Origin: an uncultured Phycisphaerales bacterium
GTDB taxonomy: Bacteria > Planctomycetota > Phycisphaerae > Phycisphaerales > SM1A02
Length of the DNA: 64,000 nt
Assembly (NCBI GenBank): GCA_938084645.1
Contig: CALKEP010000008.1
Coordinates: 32,001 to 96,000, forward strand
Direction of reading: 5' to 3'
Positions 29,719 through 44,571 of the stretch are shown one piece after another (within the stretch, counting starts at the first letter, position 1; the number at the start of each line of letters is the position of its first letter). The notes below the pieces were generated by a model. That model did no database searches. It was not told the origin of the DNA and saw nothing but the letters and a program-made list of their open reading frames with translations. A program made the translations under genes and the position numbers.

Positions 29719-29768
29719 GGATGAGAGACGGCGGCGGCCCCCGGAAGGTCCGCCGCCGCTCTTCATCC
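29719..29768. terminator. GC-rich hairpin between convergent genes, probable bidirectional terminator
   Basis: CGGCGGCGG...CCGCCGCCG stem extended by GGATGA/TCATCC. Confidence 0.6.
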
Positions 29769-29808
29769 ACGCAAAGCGTGGGACTCGGCCGAAAGTTCGA
29801 TTTCACGC

Positions 29809-30033
29809 TCAGGCGACGAGATCCACCAGTCGTCCGACGAGGGCGTCGGGGGCGGCGGCCCGCGTCGTCGAATCGATCGTCACGCCGCCGATGCGGAGTT
29901 CGTCGATCACGATCCTGCGGGAGTCCGTGAGGACACCGGCGGATTCGAGCGTCGAGGCCACGCGTCGGAGCAGTTCCGGATCGATCGAGGATCGCACGGC
30001 GGCGATCGGGTTGAGCGGGTTGCGATCTTGCAT
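29809..30033 (-). CDS. Small hypothetical protein (74 aa)
   Basis: MQDRNPLNPIAAVRSS...GRLVDLVA; fills the gap, plausible composition. Confidence 0.5.
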   Translation of the reverse strand: MQDRNPLNPIAAVRSSIDPELLRRVASTLESAGVLTDSRRIVIDELRIGGVTIDSTTRAAAPDALVGRLVDLVA

Positions 30034-30153
30034 GTCACCGGTACGCGACGCGTCGACGCGGGATCGTCGACGCGACCGGGGAGTGGGAACACACCCCACG
30101 CGAATCCGCGTTTCGGCCGCCGTATCGAGGATTCAATCCGCTCGATCGTGGGA

Positions 30154-33111
<2,958 letters not shown>

Positions 33112-33297
33112 CGGTCGAGCGTCCTCGAAAGTCGGTCCCTGGAGCGCCTTGCAGAGAGCAGGGGCAAGACCGGAGAGGCTACCCTGTGCATCCGGTCCAT
33201 CTCAAGGGATCGGAGATCATTACCCACCACCTTCTCTTAGTTTTTTGGATTCGCGTCATTTTCCTGGTCCGTCGCTCGTCGCGAATGAGAGGAACCC

Positions 33298-34209
33298 ATG
33301 TTCGGAGTCACGATCGGGAATTTCGACGGCGTTCATCTGGGGCACCGGCGACTCCTCGAAGCCGTCAGGAGGGTCGTCGGCCCGGCGGGACGGGTGATCG
33401 CCGTGACGTTCGATCCGGATCCGGCCACGGTTCTGGGGCATCCGTCGCCCGACCGTCTGATGTCCGTGACGCGGCGTCAGGAGATGCTCAGGCGACAGGG
33501 TGCCGACGAGGTACTGGTACTCGAGACCACGACGGATCTCCTCGCCGACTCCCCCGAGGCGTTTCTCGACCGGCTCGAATCCGCGTTCGGAGGTGTTCCC
33601 GCGGTGATGGTCGAGGGGCCGGATTTTCGTTTCGGTCACCGTCGGTCCGGAAGTGTCGAGGATCTTCATCGCTTCGGTGCGGAGCGCGGCTTCAAGGTCC
33701 ACGTCGAGGCGGAACGTCGCGTGCACTTGAACTCGGGCCTCGAGATGCCGGTGCGGAGTTCCGCGATCCGGGAGCTGCTTCGCCTCGGACGCGTCGAAGA
33801 CGCGAGCACGCTGCTCGGTGAGCCGCACGTCCTCGACGGGATCGTCGTGAAGGGTGACCAGCGAGGTCGCACGATCGGCATTCCGACCGCGAATCTCGAT
33901 CTCGGTGGGACGCTGCTTCCCGCCGATGGCGTGTACGCGGGCCAGGCGACCCTGCCGGACGGATCGATTCATCCCGCGGCGATCAGCATCGGGACCAAAC
34001 CCACGTTCGAGGAGACGCCGCGCGTCGCGGAGGTTCACCTGCTCGATTGGGCGGGTACGCTCGACGACTACGGGTGGAGGCTCGAAGCCGGACTGGTCCG
34101 ACGCCTTCGAGGTCAGTACCGGTACGACGATCTTCCGTCCCTGCTCGCGCAGATCGAGCGCGACGTCGCGGCGGTTCGCACGATCTGCATCGATCCCGGT
34201 GAAGCCTGA
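33298..34209 (+). CDS. ribF: Bifunctional riboflavin kinase/FAD synthetase
   Basis: TIGNFDGVHLGH, GPDFRFG, SSAIR, GRTIGIPTAN, GVYA, PTF, EVH. Confidence 0.95.
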   Translation: MFGVTIGNFDGVHLGHRRLLEAVRRVVGPAGRVIAVTFDPDPATVLGHPSPDRLMSVTRRQEMLRRQGADEVLVLETTTDLLADSPEAFLDRLESAFGGVPAVMVEGPDFRFGHRRSGSVEDLHRFGAERGFKVHVEAERRVHLNSGLEMPVRSSAIRELLRLGRVEDASTLLGEPHVLDGIVVKGDQRGRTIGIPTANLDLGGTLLPADGVYAGQATLPDGSIHPAAISIGTKPTFEETPRVAEVHLLDWAGTLDDYGWRLEAGLVRRLRGQYRYDDLPSLLAQIERDVAAVRTICIDPGEA

Positions 34210-34282
34210 GCCGATCCTCCGCCTGCCATCGATCGCGTCATCTTCGATCTCAATCCCTCCACCCCTCCTGAGCCTCCTCGCA

Positions 34283-35353
34283 ATGACCCCAACCACTCCC
34301 GCCGGCCCCGACCACCCCTGGGATGAACCGGGCTTCGAATACGTCTCGAACGCGACCCCCGCGGAACTCGCGGAGACCCTTCGGGCGGCGACCCGCGTGC
34401 TCATCACCACCCACGAGAAGCCCGACGGGGACGCGCTCGGGACGAGCCTCGCACTGCATCGAGGGCTTCGGCAACTCGGGATCTCGAGCCAGGTGCTGCT
34501 GGCCGGTCCCCTCGACCCGAACCTGCTGGCCATCGCCGGCCCGTCCGACGAGGTGCGCCGCTTCGAACACGACGGACTCCCGACCCCCGATGACGAACCG
34601 GATCTCATCGCGGTGGTGGACACCGGGGCCTGGACCCAGTTGGAGTCGATGCGGTCGTGGCTTCGGGAACGCGCCGAACGCGTGATCGGGATCGATCACC
34701 ACGCCCGTGGGGGATCGGTGGCGTCCCGGCGTCTGGTCGACGTCGACTGCGCCTCGGCCACCCAGGCGCTGGTCCCGGTGCTCGACGCGCTCGGCGTGGA
34801 TCTCGCTCGCGACGAGGTCGCGATGCCGTTGTTCCTCGGGCTCGCCACCGATACCGGCTGGTTCCGCTTCTCCAGCGCCGGTTCGACGGTCTATCGAGTC
34901 GCGGCGCGGCTGATGGACGCCGGCGTCGACAAGGACGAGCTCTACGCGATGATCGAGCAGAACGCGTCGCCGGCCCGCCTCGCCATGATCGCGCGGGCCC
35001 TCGGTTCGCTCCGGTACATGTCGAACGGCGCGGTGGCGGTGATGCGGCTCACCATGGAGGACTTCGCGGAGACCGGCGCTTCGCTCGAGGGGCTCGCGGG
35101 CATCGTGAACACCCCCCTCGACATCGGGGCGGTTCGAGCGTCGATTCTGCTCACCGAGGCCGCGAAGGGCCTGACCAAGGTGAGTTTTCGATCGAAACCC
35201 GCCCGGGAAGGGCTCGGGATCGTCGACGTCAACGAACTCGCCGCCCAATTCGGGGGTGGCGGACACGTTCATGCGGCGGGAGCGCGGATCCCCTCGGACC
35301 TGGACGAGGCCGAAGCCGCGATCGAAGCGGTGGTCGACGACTTCGTCGACTGA
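34283..35353 (+). CDS. nrnA: DHH/DHHA1 phosphoesterase (nanoRNase/pAp phosphatase)
   Basis: HEKPDGDALG, VVDT, IDHH, TDTGWF, KVSFRS, GGGGHVHAAG. Confidence 0.9.
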   Translation: MTPTTPAGPDHPWDEPGFEYVSNATPAELAETLRAATRVLITTHEKPDGDALGTSLALHRGLRQLGISSQVLLAGPLDPNLLAIAGPSDEVRRFEHDGLPTPDDEPDLIAVVDTGAWTQLESMRSWLRERAERVIGIDHHARGGSVASRRLVDVDCASATQALVPVLDALGVDLARDEVAMPLFLGLATDTGWFRFSSAGSTVYRVAARLMDAGVDKDELYAMIEQNASPARLAMIARALGSLRYMSNGAVAVMRLTMEDFAETGASLEGLAGIVNTPLDIGAVRASILLTEAAKGLTKVSFRSKPAREGLGIVDVNELAAQFGGGGHVHAAGARIPSDLDEAEAAIEAVVDDFVD

Positions 35354-35365
35354 TCCCGCGCTCGC

Positions 35366-35809
35366 TCAGGCGTCGGTGGTGCCGTCGTCCGCCACAGGGT
35401 TCGATTCCGCCTCGAGATCGACGGCCTCCGCGGGCAGCGGCGTCGAATCGGGGTCGCGAACCGTGAAGCCCAGTCTCGCGATCGCTTCGCGGACCTTCGG
35501 CATCGCTTCGGGGGCGGCGTCGACCGTCGCGGATTCCGAGGCGAGATCGACGGTGCAGGATCGCACGCCATCGACCTTGGCGACCTTCGCGGTGATCGCC
35601 TTCACGCAGGATTCGCAGTGCATGCCGTCGATCCCGACCGCGTAGGTCGCCACGGTCGCGTCGCGCGCGGTCGTGTTGGTTGCATTCGAGTCCTCGCAGG
35701 CGGTCAACGCGGCACCGACGAGGATCATGGAAATCGCGACCGTCGCCGGCGTGGGTCGAACGCGCTGCCTCCGCGGGCGTGGGGCGGTTGGAACATTTTG
35801 GCGGTACAT
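35366..35809 (-). CDS. Heavy-metal-associated (HMA) domain lipoprotein
   Basis: Lipobox-like LTAC after a hydrophobic stretch; GMHCESC metal-binding motif; CopZ/MerP-like fold pattern. Confidence 0.82.
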   Translation of the reverse strand: MYRQNVPTAPRPRRQRVRPTPATVAISMILVGAALTACEDSNATNTTARDATVATYAVGIDGMHCESCVKAITAKVAKVDGVRSCTVDLASESATVDAAPEAMPKVREAIARLGFTVRDPDSTPLPAEAVDLEAESNPVADDGTTDA

Positions 35810-35884
35810 GTTGCGGAACTCCAGATGGTTGGGGACCGAAGGCATCGGAGCCCGAGCGATCCGACATCCCTCGAGGCCACCGGT

Positions 35885-37087
35885 TCAGGTGTCGACGAGG
35901 GAACGGCGGCGGGCCACTCGGCCCATCCACCAGCCCGCCACCGCGGTCAGGGCGGCGAGGGGCAGCAGGAACAGTGTTCGGTTCTCGATGAAGCCGAGCC
36001 AGCCGAGGGGGCTCACGGCGAGCGAGACGAGCAGGGTCGATGCGATCCAGCGTGCGTGAAGCGGTCGCGAAGGGCCGTTGACCGCGGCGGCGATCACGTA
36101 CATCGGGAAGGGAACCGCGTACAGGCCGAGGAACAACAGGTACATCCGTTCGTCCGCGATCCCCGGCAGTCCCAGCACCGAACCCACCGCGATCGCCCCG
36201 AGGAGGGCGGCGCCACGGCCGAGGCGGCCCGATGGCAGCACCGCGAGTTCCCGGATGTGTGCGCCGATCGTGAAGACGAGCTGAAGCGTCCATTGTGCGA
36301 TGGCGAGGGGAAGCAGGGCCGGGAGGATCCGTTCGGGATCGAGGCCGTCGTAGGTCGTCGCGGCGAACACCAGCATCATCGCGAACACCACCCCGAAGAC
36401 GGCGAAGGCATGTCGGCTGGGCGCCTGCTGACGCGCCCGATGGAACGTCGCGTCGAGTGCGGGGCAGGCGAGGAAGCCGAGCAGCATCAGGGGGATGATC
36501 CCGACGACCGGGGCGGCGTCGTCGGGCGCACTTCCCGAGGGGAGGCCTCCGGCCCGCCCGAGGGCCAGCGCGAACAGCACGCCGGAGGCGACGGCGGCGA
36601 GGACCGCGAACCACCGCCAGAAGAGGTCGCCGCGGGCCGAGACCGCGGCGGCGCCGGCGGTCCAGGTCAGGATGACCCCGAGGACGGGCCAGGTCAGCAC
36701 GTCACGGGCGACCCCCGCGGCGGCGGGATCGGCCTCGCTCGCGGCGTCGGGCGCGAAGATGAACATGGACGACGTCCAGCCGATGAAGAAGATCTGGAAG
36801 GCGATCGTCGCGAGACTGAACCATCGGATGGCCAGAGGATGGGCGGTGGCGAATCGGCGGCTGCGGTCCGCATCGAACACGTAGCCGAAGCCGACGCAGC
36901 CGATCAGGTTTGGAATCGCGAAGGCGAGGAACCCGGCCCATCCGAAGCGACCGAGCAGGATCACCGGCAGGAACATGCCGATGCACCAGGTCCAGCTGCA
37001 GGCGCAGTAGAAGCCCCATCCGGCGGTGGCGGCGAGTCCACCGCGGGCCGGACCTGCAGGCGATCGAAGCGACGCCTCGACGCTCAT
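35885..37087 (-). CDS. Polytopic membrane protein, possible transporter (distant solute:sodium symporter-like)
   Basis: About 11-12 hydrophobic helices; N-terminal YCACSWTWCIGM...AIPNLIGC; LDATFHRARQ. Confidence 0.65.
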   Translation of the reverse strand: MSVEASLRSPAGPARGGLAATAGWGFYCACSWTWCIGMFLPVILLGRFGWAGFLAFAIPNLIGCVGFGYVFDADRSRRFATAHPLAIRWFSLATIAFQIFFIGWTSSMFIFAPDAASEADPAAAGVARDVLTWPVLGVILTWTAGAAAVSARGDLFWRWFAVLAAVASGVLFALALGRAGGLPSGSAPDDAAPVVGIIPLMLLGFLACPALDATFHRARQQAPSRHAFAVFGVVFAMMLVFAATTYDGLDPERILPALLPLAIAQWTLQLVFTIGAHIRELAVLPSGRLGRGAALLGAIAVGSVLGLPGIADERMYLLFLGLYAVPFPMYVIAAAVNGPSRPLHARWIASTLLVSLAVSPLGWLGFIENRTLFLLPLAALTAVAGWWMGRVARRRSLVDT

Positions 37088-37719
37088 TCTGCGGGGGTGC
37101 TCCGCTCGAGCCGGGCACGACGCTTCTGGCGCAATTGCTCGGCGAGGTCCTTCGGCGTGCAGTGGAAGGTGATGGCGCAGCGACCGACCTTCAGGTCACG
37201 GCTCTTCGCGCGGCGGTTCACCTGCTGGCTGATCTCGAGTTCGAGGGCGATGTTGAATTCGCCGCCCTCTTCGACCTTCCGCTTCACGTCCTCGGCGTTG
37301 GCGACGCGGTAGACGGCGGGGCCGTAGCACGGACGAAGAAATCGATACTCCATCCGCTTGCAGATCACCTCGTAGTCGCTGCCGCATTCCGCGAACAGAT
37401 ACATTCCCGCGGCGACCTCGGAGTTCCCGAGGAGGGCGGCACCGGCCATCGCGTTGTACCAGTTGCGATTGAAGCGTCGATAGGGGAGGACCGCGGTGAA
37501 ACTCTTCGCATCGATTCGGCGGAGGGTGATGCCGCTCCTGAAGGCGAAGGGGAGCCAGATCAGCGAGCAGACCCGGTGCCAGAAGTTGTTCCGGGTGGAG
37601 AGCTGGCTGAGGTAGGCGTCGATCCGCTTGCCGAGCGACTTCTTCGCCGGCAGCATGCCCGCCGGCGTCGTGGCCTCGGGGTCGTCGTGGGACGAGTGAT
37701 TCACGGGTGCGGTGGTCAC
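37084..37719 (-). CDS. Hotdog-fold thioesterase-like protein (DUF4442/PaaI-like); start uncertain
   Basis: LPYRRFNRNWYNAMAGAAL...SEVAAG...YRFLRP pattern; ATGA overlap with the membrane protein. Confidence 0.65.
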   Translation of the reverse strand: MTTAPVNHSSHDDPEATTPAGMLPAKKSLGKRIDAYLSQLSTRNNFWHRVCSLIWLPFAFRSGITLRRIDAKSFTAVLPYRRFNRNWYNAMAGAALLGNSEVAAGMYLFAECGSDYEVICKRMEYRFLRPCYGPAVYRVANAEDVKRKVEEGGEFNIALELEISQQVNRRAKSRDLKVGRCAITFHCTPKDLAEQLRQKRRARLERSTPAE

Positions 37720-38407
37720 GGCAGGGGTTCGATCGGGACTGGAGGCACCAAAGATGGATGCGGCTTCATGGTAGGTCGCTTTGGGAGCGTACGCCACGAA
37801 GCAGGGCCTTCCCGGTGCATCCCGGCGGTCGGGCGAAGGGGGTCACCGGGCGATCGGACGGTCCAATATGCCGTCTGACGAGCGCCGAAACTGGATTTCA
37901 CCGCCTCGTGTCGATGGGCGGCGAGGAAACTCACCTTGATCACATCGAGGTTCGTTCCGGTACCGCCCTCTTCGACCGATTCGGGCGCAAGTCGGCACGG
38001 CCATGTCGACCCGGAGCACCCACGACGAGCGGCCGGATGGGATCGTTCCCGATGGGGACGCGAGATCCGTGCCGAGGAATTGTCCGATTGCCGCCGGTAC
38101 GCGGATGCGGTGGAGACGCGCTTCCGGGCCCGGGCCAGAACCGAGTCGAAGCCGAGGTGGGGCGCGATTGCGATCGGACCGGTATCTCGAAGTTTGCGAC
38201 GAGCGCCTGCTGGAGGCAGTGGATGCGACCATGGAGCGGATCTTCCGTTTTCCCGACGAGTTCCCCCTCGAAGGGGTTCCCAGGCGGCATCGGCCGTCGT
38301 CGAAGGTGGTCGATCCGCTCGCCGGTGCCCTGATGGAGCGACTCGGCGACGAAGCGTCGCCGCCTCCAGGACCTTCGCCACCGAGCCGGACGGTAGAATC
38401 GGGCATC

Positions 38408-39247
38408 ATGAACGATGCCTGCGTCACCATCCCGATCGGCCGTCTCGGCGTCTGCAGTTGGAGTCTTCAGCCGAAGACGGCCGCCGAGCTCGTGGAGTCG
38501 GTCGCACGACTCGGCGTGCCGAAGATCCAGCTCGCCCTCGGGCCCGTGATCGACGATTCCGCGGCGTTCGGAGACGTGATGCCTCGGCTTCGCGATGCCG
38601 GCGTCCGGATCGCGAGCGGCATGCTCGAGGCGGTCGGCGAGGACTACTCGACGCTCGAGACGATCAAGGCGACCGGCGGCGTTCGTCCCGACGAGCACTG
38701 GCCGGCGACGCTGGATCGAGCCCGCGCGGTCGCCGCGCTGGCCGCCGCGGAATCGCTTCCCCTGGTCACCCTCCACGCCGGCTTCATTCCGCACGAGGCG
38801 AGCGATCCGGCTCGCGCCGTCGTGCTGGACCGCCTCCGGACCCTCGCCGACGTGTTCGCGGATCACGGCGTTCGCGTCGGTCTCGAGACGGGCCAGGAGA
38901 CCGCGGCCACGCTGCTCGACGCCCTCGCCGAACTCGGCCACGAGAATGTCGGCGTCAACTTCGATCCGGCGAACATGATCCTCTACGGAATGGGCGATCC
39001 GGTCGATGCGATCCGGCTCCTTTCGGATCACGTGGTGCAGGTGCATGCGAAGGATGCGACGCCCACCGAGACACCGGGAACCTGGGGCAGCGAGGTCCCG
39101 TTGGGTACCGGCGCGGTCGATTGGAACCGGTTCCTCGAGGTGGTCGCGACGCTGGACGAATCCATCGACGTGGTGATCGAACGCGAAGCCGGCGATGCTC
39201 GAGAGACCGACATCCTCGCCGCACGTCGGCGATTGACGGGAAGCTGA
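38408..39247 (+). CDS. Sugar phosphate isomerase/epimerase (AP-endonuclease-2 TIM barrel)
   Basis: GVCSWSL, HAGFIP, LETGQE, VNFDPANMILYG, VHAKDA, IEREAG; TAGAAT 8 nt upstream of ATG. Confidence 0.87.
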   Translation: MNDACVTIPIGRLGVCSWSLQPKTAAELVESVARLGVPKIQLALGPVIDDSAAFGDVMPRLRDAGVRIASGMLEAVGEDYSTLETIKATGGVRPDEHWPATLDRARAVAALAAAESLPLVTLHAGFIPHEASDPARAVVLDRLRTLADVFADHGVRVGLETGQETAATLLDALAELGHENVGVNFDPANMILYGMGDPVDAIRLLSDHVVQVHAKDATPTETPGTWGSEVPLGTGAVDWNRFLEVVATLDESIDVVIEREAGDARETDILAARRRLTGS

Positions 39248-39251
39248 ATCG

Positions 39252-41571
<2,320 letters not shown>

Positions 41572-41735
41572 CCGGCGATTTGAAATGATCCCCCGGTGAT
41601 CCGCTGGCATCGCTCGTTTCCGTCAGCGAGATCCGTGCGGAATTCCTCGACGTGGCGATCGACTGACGGCTCCATGGGTTCCATCGAGGGCTTTTCCGGG
41701 GCTTCGGTGCGGATGTTGGAGATACACTCCACCCC

Positions 41736-42293
41736 ATGTCACCGAGCGCCAATCCCATGGGCCAGGTCTACCTCGGGTTTCGCAGCCTCCTCGTGAAGCT
41801 GGCGATCTTCGTGGTGATGGCGGCCCTGCTGGCCTGGGCGATCGGCGGGACGCTCTGGCCTCGGACCGCGGTGGGGATCGTCGGGTCCGCGATCATCGTC
41901 GACGGACACTCGATCGCGCTCGTCGATCGACTCAGGTCCGACGGCTCCCGATCCCGGTTCGCCCTCGCGTTGCTCGACGAGAATCGCGAGGTGGTCGAAT
42001 TCTGGCCTTCCGACGAGTCGGAGCGAGCGACCTGGACCGACGCGCTCTCGCCGGTGGCGAATCCGGACGCGACCCGTGGTGCGGCGGCGTTCAGCAGCGA
42101 GGGTCGATGGACGGTCGTCGAATTCGGGATCCCGACCGGCGGCGGGCATCCGCTGGAAGCGTCGAACCCCGAAGTGCGGGCGGTCGCCGACCGACTCGAG
42201 GCCGCGCAGGCCCTGCACCGCTTCACGCGGGCGGGGACTCAGTCGGTCGGGGAAGCGGTGGACACCGCCGCCAAGGCATCGTCCGCGGGCTGA
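41736..42293 (+). CDS. Hypothetical protein with N-terminal TM anchor
   Basis: LLVKLAIFVVMAALLAWAIGGTLWP; TACACT 7 nt upstream of ATG. Confidence 0.68.
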   Translation: MSPSANPMGQVYLGFRSLLVKLAIFVVMAALLAWAIGGTLWPRTAVGIVGSAIIVDGHSIALVDRLRSDGSRSRFALALLDENREVVEFWPSDESERATWTDALSPVANPDATRGAAAFSSEGRWTVVEFGIPTGGGHPLEASNPEVRAVADRLEAAQALHRFTRAGTQSVGEAVDTAAKASSAG

Positions 42294-43165
42294 TCGGGGC
42301 CGAACTGCACGATGCCGCCGAGCCAGAGGCCGGCGAGCACCGCGGCCAGCGCGATTCGATACCACCCGAACACCGCGAGTCCGTGCTTCGCGAGGTATCC
42401 CACGAGCCACTTCACCGCGAAGGCCGCGGAGACGGTCGCGACCGCGATCCCGAGGAGAATCGGCACTGCGCCGAGCGATGCGATCTCGTCGCCGCTCTTG
42501 AGCGACTTGTAGACGCACGCGCCACCAAGGGTCGGGAGCCCGAGCAGGAACGAGAACTCCGCGGCCTGCTTCGGTCGCAGGCCGATGAACATTCCACCCA
42601 CGATGGTCATCATCGATCGGCTGGTCCCCGGGATCATCGCGACGCACTGGAGGAGTCCGACCACCAGGGCCTGCTTCCAGGTCAGATGCTCGATGTCCGT
42701 GAACGTCCGTCCGCCCTCGCTCTCGCCCTCGTTCTCGGCGCTCGCGAACACCCGGTCCTGCCACCGCTTCATGCCGATCAGGAGCAGCCCGCCGAGGGCC
42801 AGCGCGATGATCACGGGCCAGGGCTTGAAGAGGAACGCCTCGATGAGATCGTCGAGCAGGACGCCGAACACCGCGGCCGGGAGGAAGGCGACCACCAGGT
42901 TCAGGAACAGTTTCCGACCGGGCACGTCCCGCCCGAGGAGGCCCTGGATCATCGACCAGACGCGGGCCCGGTAGAGCCCGATCACGGCGAGGATCGCACC
43001 ACCCTGGATCACGATGTTGAACGCATCGACGGCCGACTTGGTGGCCGCATCCCGGTCAAGCCCGAGAAGGCTCGACGTGATGATGAGATGGCCGGTCGAG
43101 GACACCGGAAGGTATTCGGTGATGCCTTCGACCAGGCCGAGGATGATGGCGTCGAGAGGGGTCAT
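42239..43165 (-). CDS. uppP: Undecaprenyl-diphosphate phosphatase
   Basis: LGLVEGITEYLPVSSTGH, IQGGAILA, PGTSRS, AAEFSFLL, FGWYRI. Confidence 0.96.
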   Translation of the reverse strand: MTPLDAIILGLVEGITEYLPVSSTGHLIITSSLLGLDRDAATKSAVDAFNIVIQGGAILAVIGLYRARVWSMIQGLLGRDVPGRKLFLNLVVAFLPAAVFGVLLDDLIEAFLFKPWPVIIALALGGLLLIGMKRWQDRVFASAENEGESEGGRTFTDIEHLTWKQALVVGLLQCVAMIPGTSRSMMTIVGGMFIGLRPKQAAEFSFLLGLPTLGGACVYKSLKSGDEIASLGAVPILLGIAVATVSAAFAVKWLVGYLAKHGLAVFGWYRIALAAVLAGLWLGGIVQFGPDQPADDALAAVSTASPTD

Positions 43166-43462
43166 GGTGTCCGATCGATTCCACAGGAAAGAACAGTTCT
43201 CCGCGGCTCATCATCGGTCGGTCGACGTCCCCTCCTTGCGAAGGTCCACGGGGATGCTCCGATCCGCCGTCACGATCGATCGGCGGGGAGTGGGGGAGGC
43301 GACCCGAGCCGGAAGGTGGGTCTGGGCCGACTGTGGGGGTCGTGCGGGGCGATCCGACTGGAAAGGTCCGACAACCCTTCAGTCCGCGCCGCGTCCATCC
43401 GATCCCCTTGACGGAGCTCGAATCGTCCCATCGGCGAGCCGGCTCCGCCGGAGGTCAAGCCC

Positions 43463-43861
43463 ATGCAGGTCGCCGAACTCGTCAAGGATCGTTCCGCTCG
43501 CACCGATCGCGATCGCCGTCGGCACCGCCGCTATGCGGTGCGGCCGATGTACTCCTCCATCCGGATCCGCACCGAGAACGACCAGGTGCTCGATGGTCAC
43601 ATCCACGATCTCGCGGTCGGCGGCGTGCGATTCGAGTGCGACGAGCCGCTTCCCGAGAACACGAAGGTTCGCTTCGAGATCGAACTTCCGGGTGGTGCCG
43701 CGACCCTTCGCGGTCGGGCGAGCATCATCCGGCTCGCCGACGAGGACGTCCGGACGGGATCGGTGATCCTCGCCGCGGCCTTCGACCGCTTCGAGACCCG
43801 GATCGATGCCGGGACCCTCACTCGCTATCTCGAGCAGGGTTGCCTCCTTCGGGCCGCTTGA
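43463..43861 (+). CDS. Stand-alone PilZ-domain protein
   Basis: RRRHRR (RxxxR) and HDLAVGGVRF (DxSxxG-like); GGAGG SD. Confidence 0.85.
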   Translation: MQVAELVKDRSARTDRDRRRHRRYAVRPMYSSIRIRTENDQVLDGHIHDLAVGGVRFECDEPLPENTKVRFEIELPGGAATLRGRASIIRLADEDVRTGSVILAAAFDRFETRIDAGTLTRYLEQGCLLRAA

Positions 43862-43877
43862 GGCGTGGGGGCCGATC

Positions 43878-44402
43878 TCAATCCGAGGTCAACGCACGAC
43901 AGACGGCTTCAGCGACCTGCTCGATCGAGCGGTCGCTGGTGTCGATCGCCGTCGTCGCGAGCTTCTCGAGTAGCGGGCCGCGTGCCTTCTCGATCGTCGT
44001 CATCTCGTCGAGCGGGTCGAGCGCGGTGAGCGACGGGCGGTCGGGATCGTCCGCGATTCGTGCGATGAGTTCGTTCGCCGGGGCGTGAAGCCGGACGATG
44101 CAGGCCCGGCCCGCGTTCCGCGCCGTCTCCAGTCGCTCGAACGCACCCGGCGCCGTGGGCGTTCCGCCGCCGAGGGCGATCACCGACGGGACCGTCGATG
44201 CGAGGGTTCGTTCCAAGGCCGTGGACTCCGCCTCGCGCCACGTCGCTTCGCCGGCGGTCTCGAAACAGGTCCTGGCGGTCATGCCGCAGACCGCGCTCGT
44301 CACGTCGTCGAGATCGATGAACGGCCGCGACAGAAGCGCGGCCGTCGCACGTCCGGCGCTGGTCTTGCCGGAGCCGCGAAGGCCGATCAGGATCAGGTGC
44401 AT
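43878..44402 (-). CDS. aroK: Shikimate kinase
   Basis: GLRGSGKT P-loop, FIDLD, WREAE, IALGGG, RPSL. Confidence 0.9.
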   Translation of the reverse strand: MHLILIGLRGSGKTSAGRATAALLSRPFIDLDDVTSAVCGMTARTCFETAGEATWREAESTALERTLASTVPSVIALGGGTPTAPGAFERLETARNAGRACIVRLHAPANELIARIADDPDRPSLTALDPLDEMTTIEKARGPLLEKLATTAIDTSDRSIEQVAEAVCRALTSD

Positions 44403-44427
44403 GGGACCCGGGGTGGTTGGATGGTGG

Positions 44428-44571
44428 TCAGATGGTGGTCAGACGCTTGCGACCGAGGGCACGACGACGGTTGATGATCTTCCGTCCGGCCTTCGTCGAC
44501 ATGCGGGCGCGGAAGCCCATCTTGCGGACCTTCTTGATGCGGCTCGTCTTGCGGGGATAGTGCATCGCCAT
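44428..44571 (-). CDS. rpmH: 50S ribosomal protein L34
   Basis: [34 protein letters not shown] upstream of ATG 44571. Confidence 0.93.
   Translation of the reverse strand: MAMHYPRKTSRIKKVRKMGFRARMSTKAGRKIINRRRALGRKRLTTI

Noticed and set aside
30100..30140. Sigma28-like promoter (TGAAT...GCCGAA) upstream of the 74-aa ORF, and a similar one before PilZ
   Set aside because: Matches are weak, and CCGA words are too frequent here to be meaningful without a genome-wide model
33112..33297. FMN riboswitch upstream of ribF
   Set aside because: No RFN consensus elements; looks like a divergent promoter region with a T-rich patch
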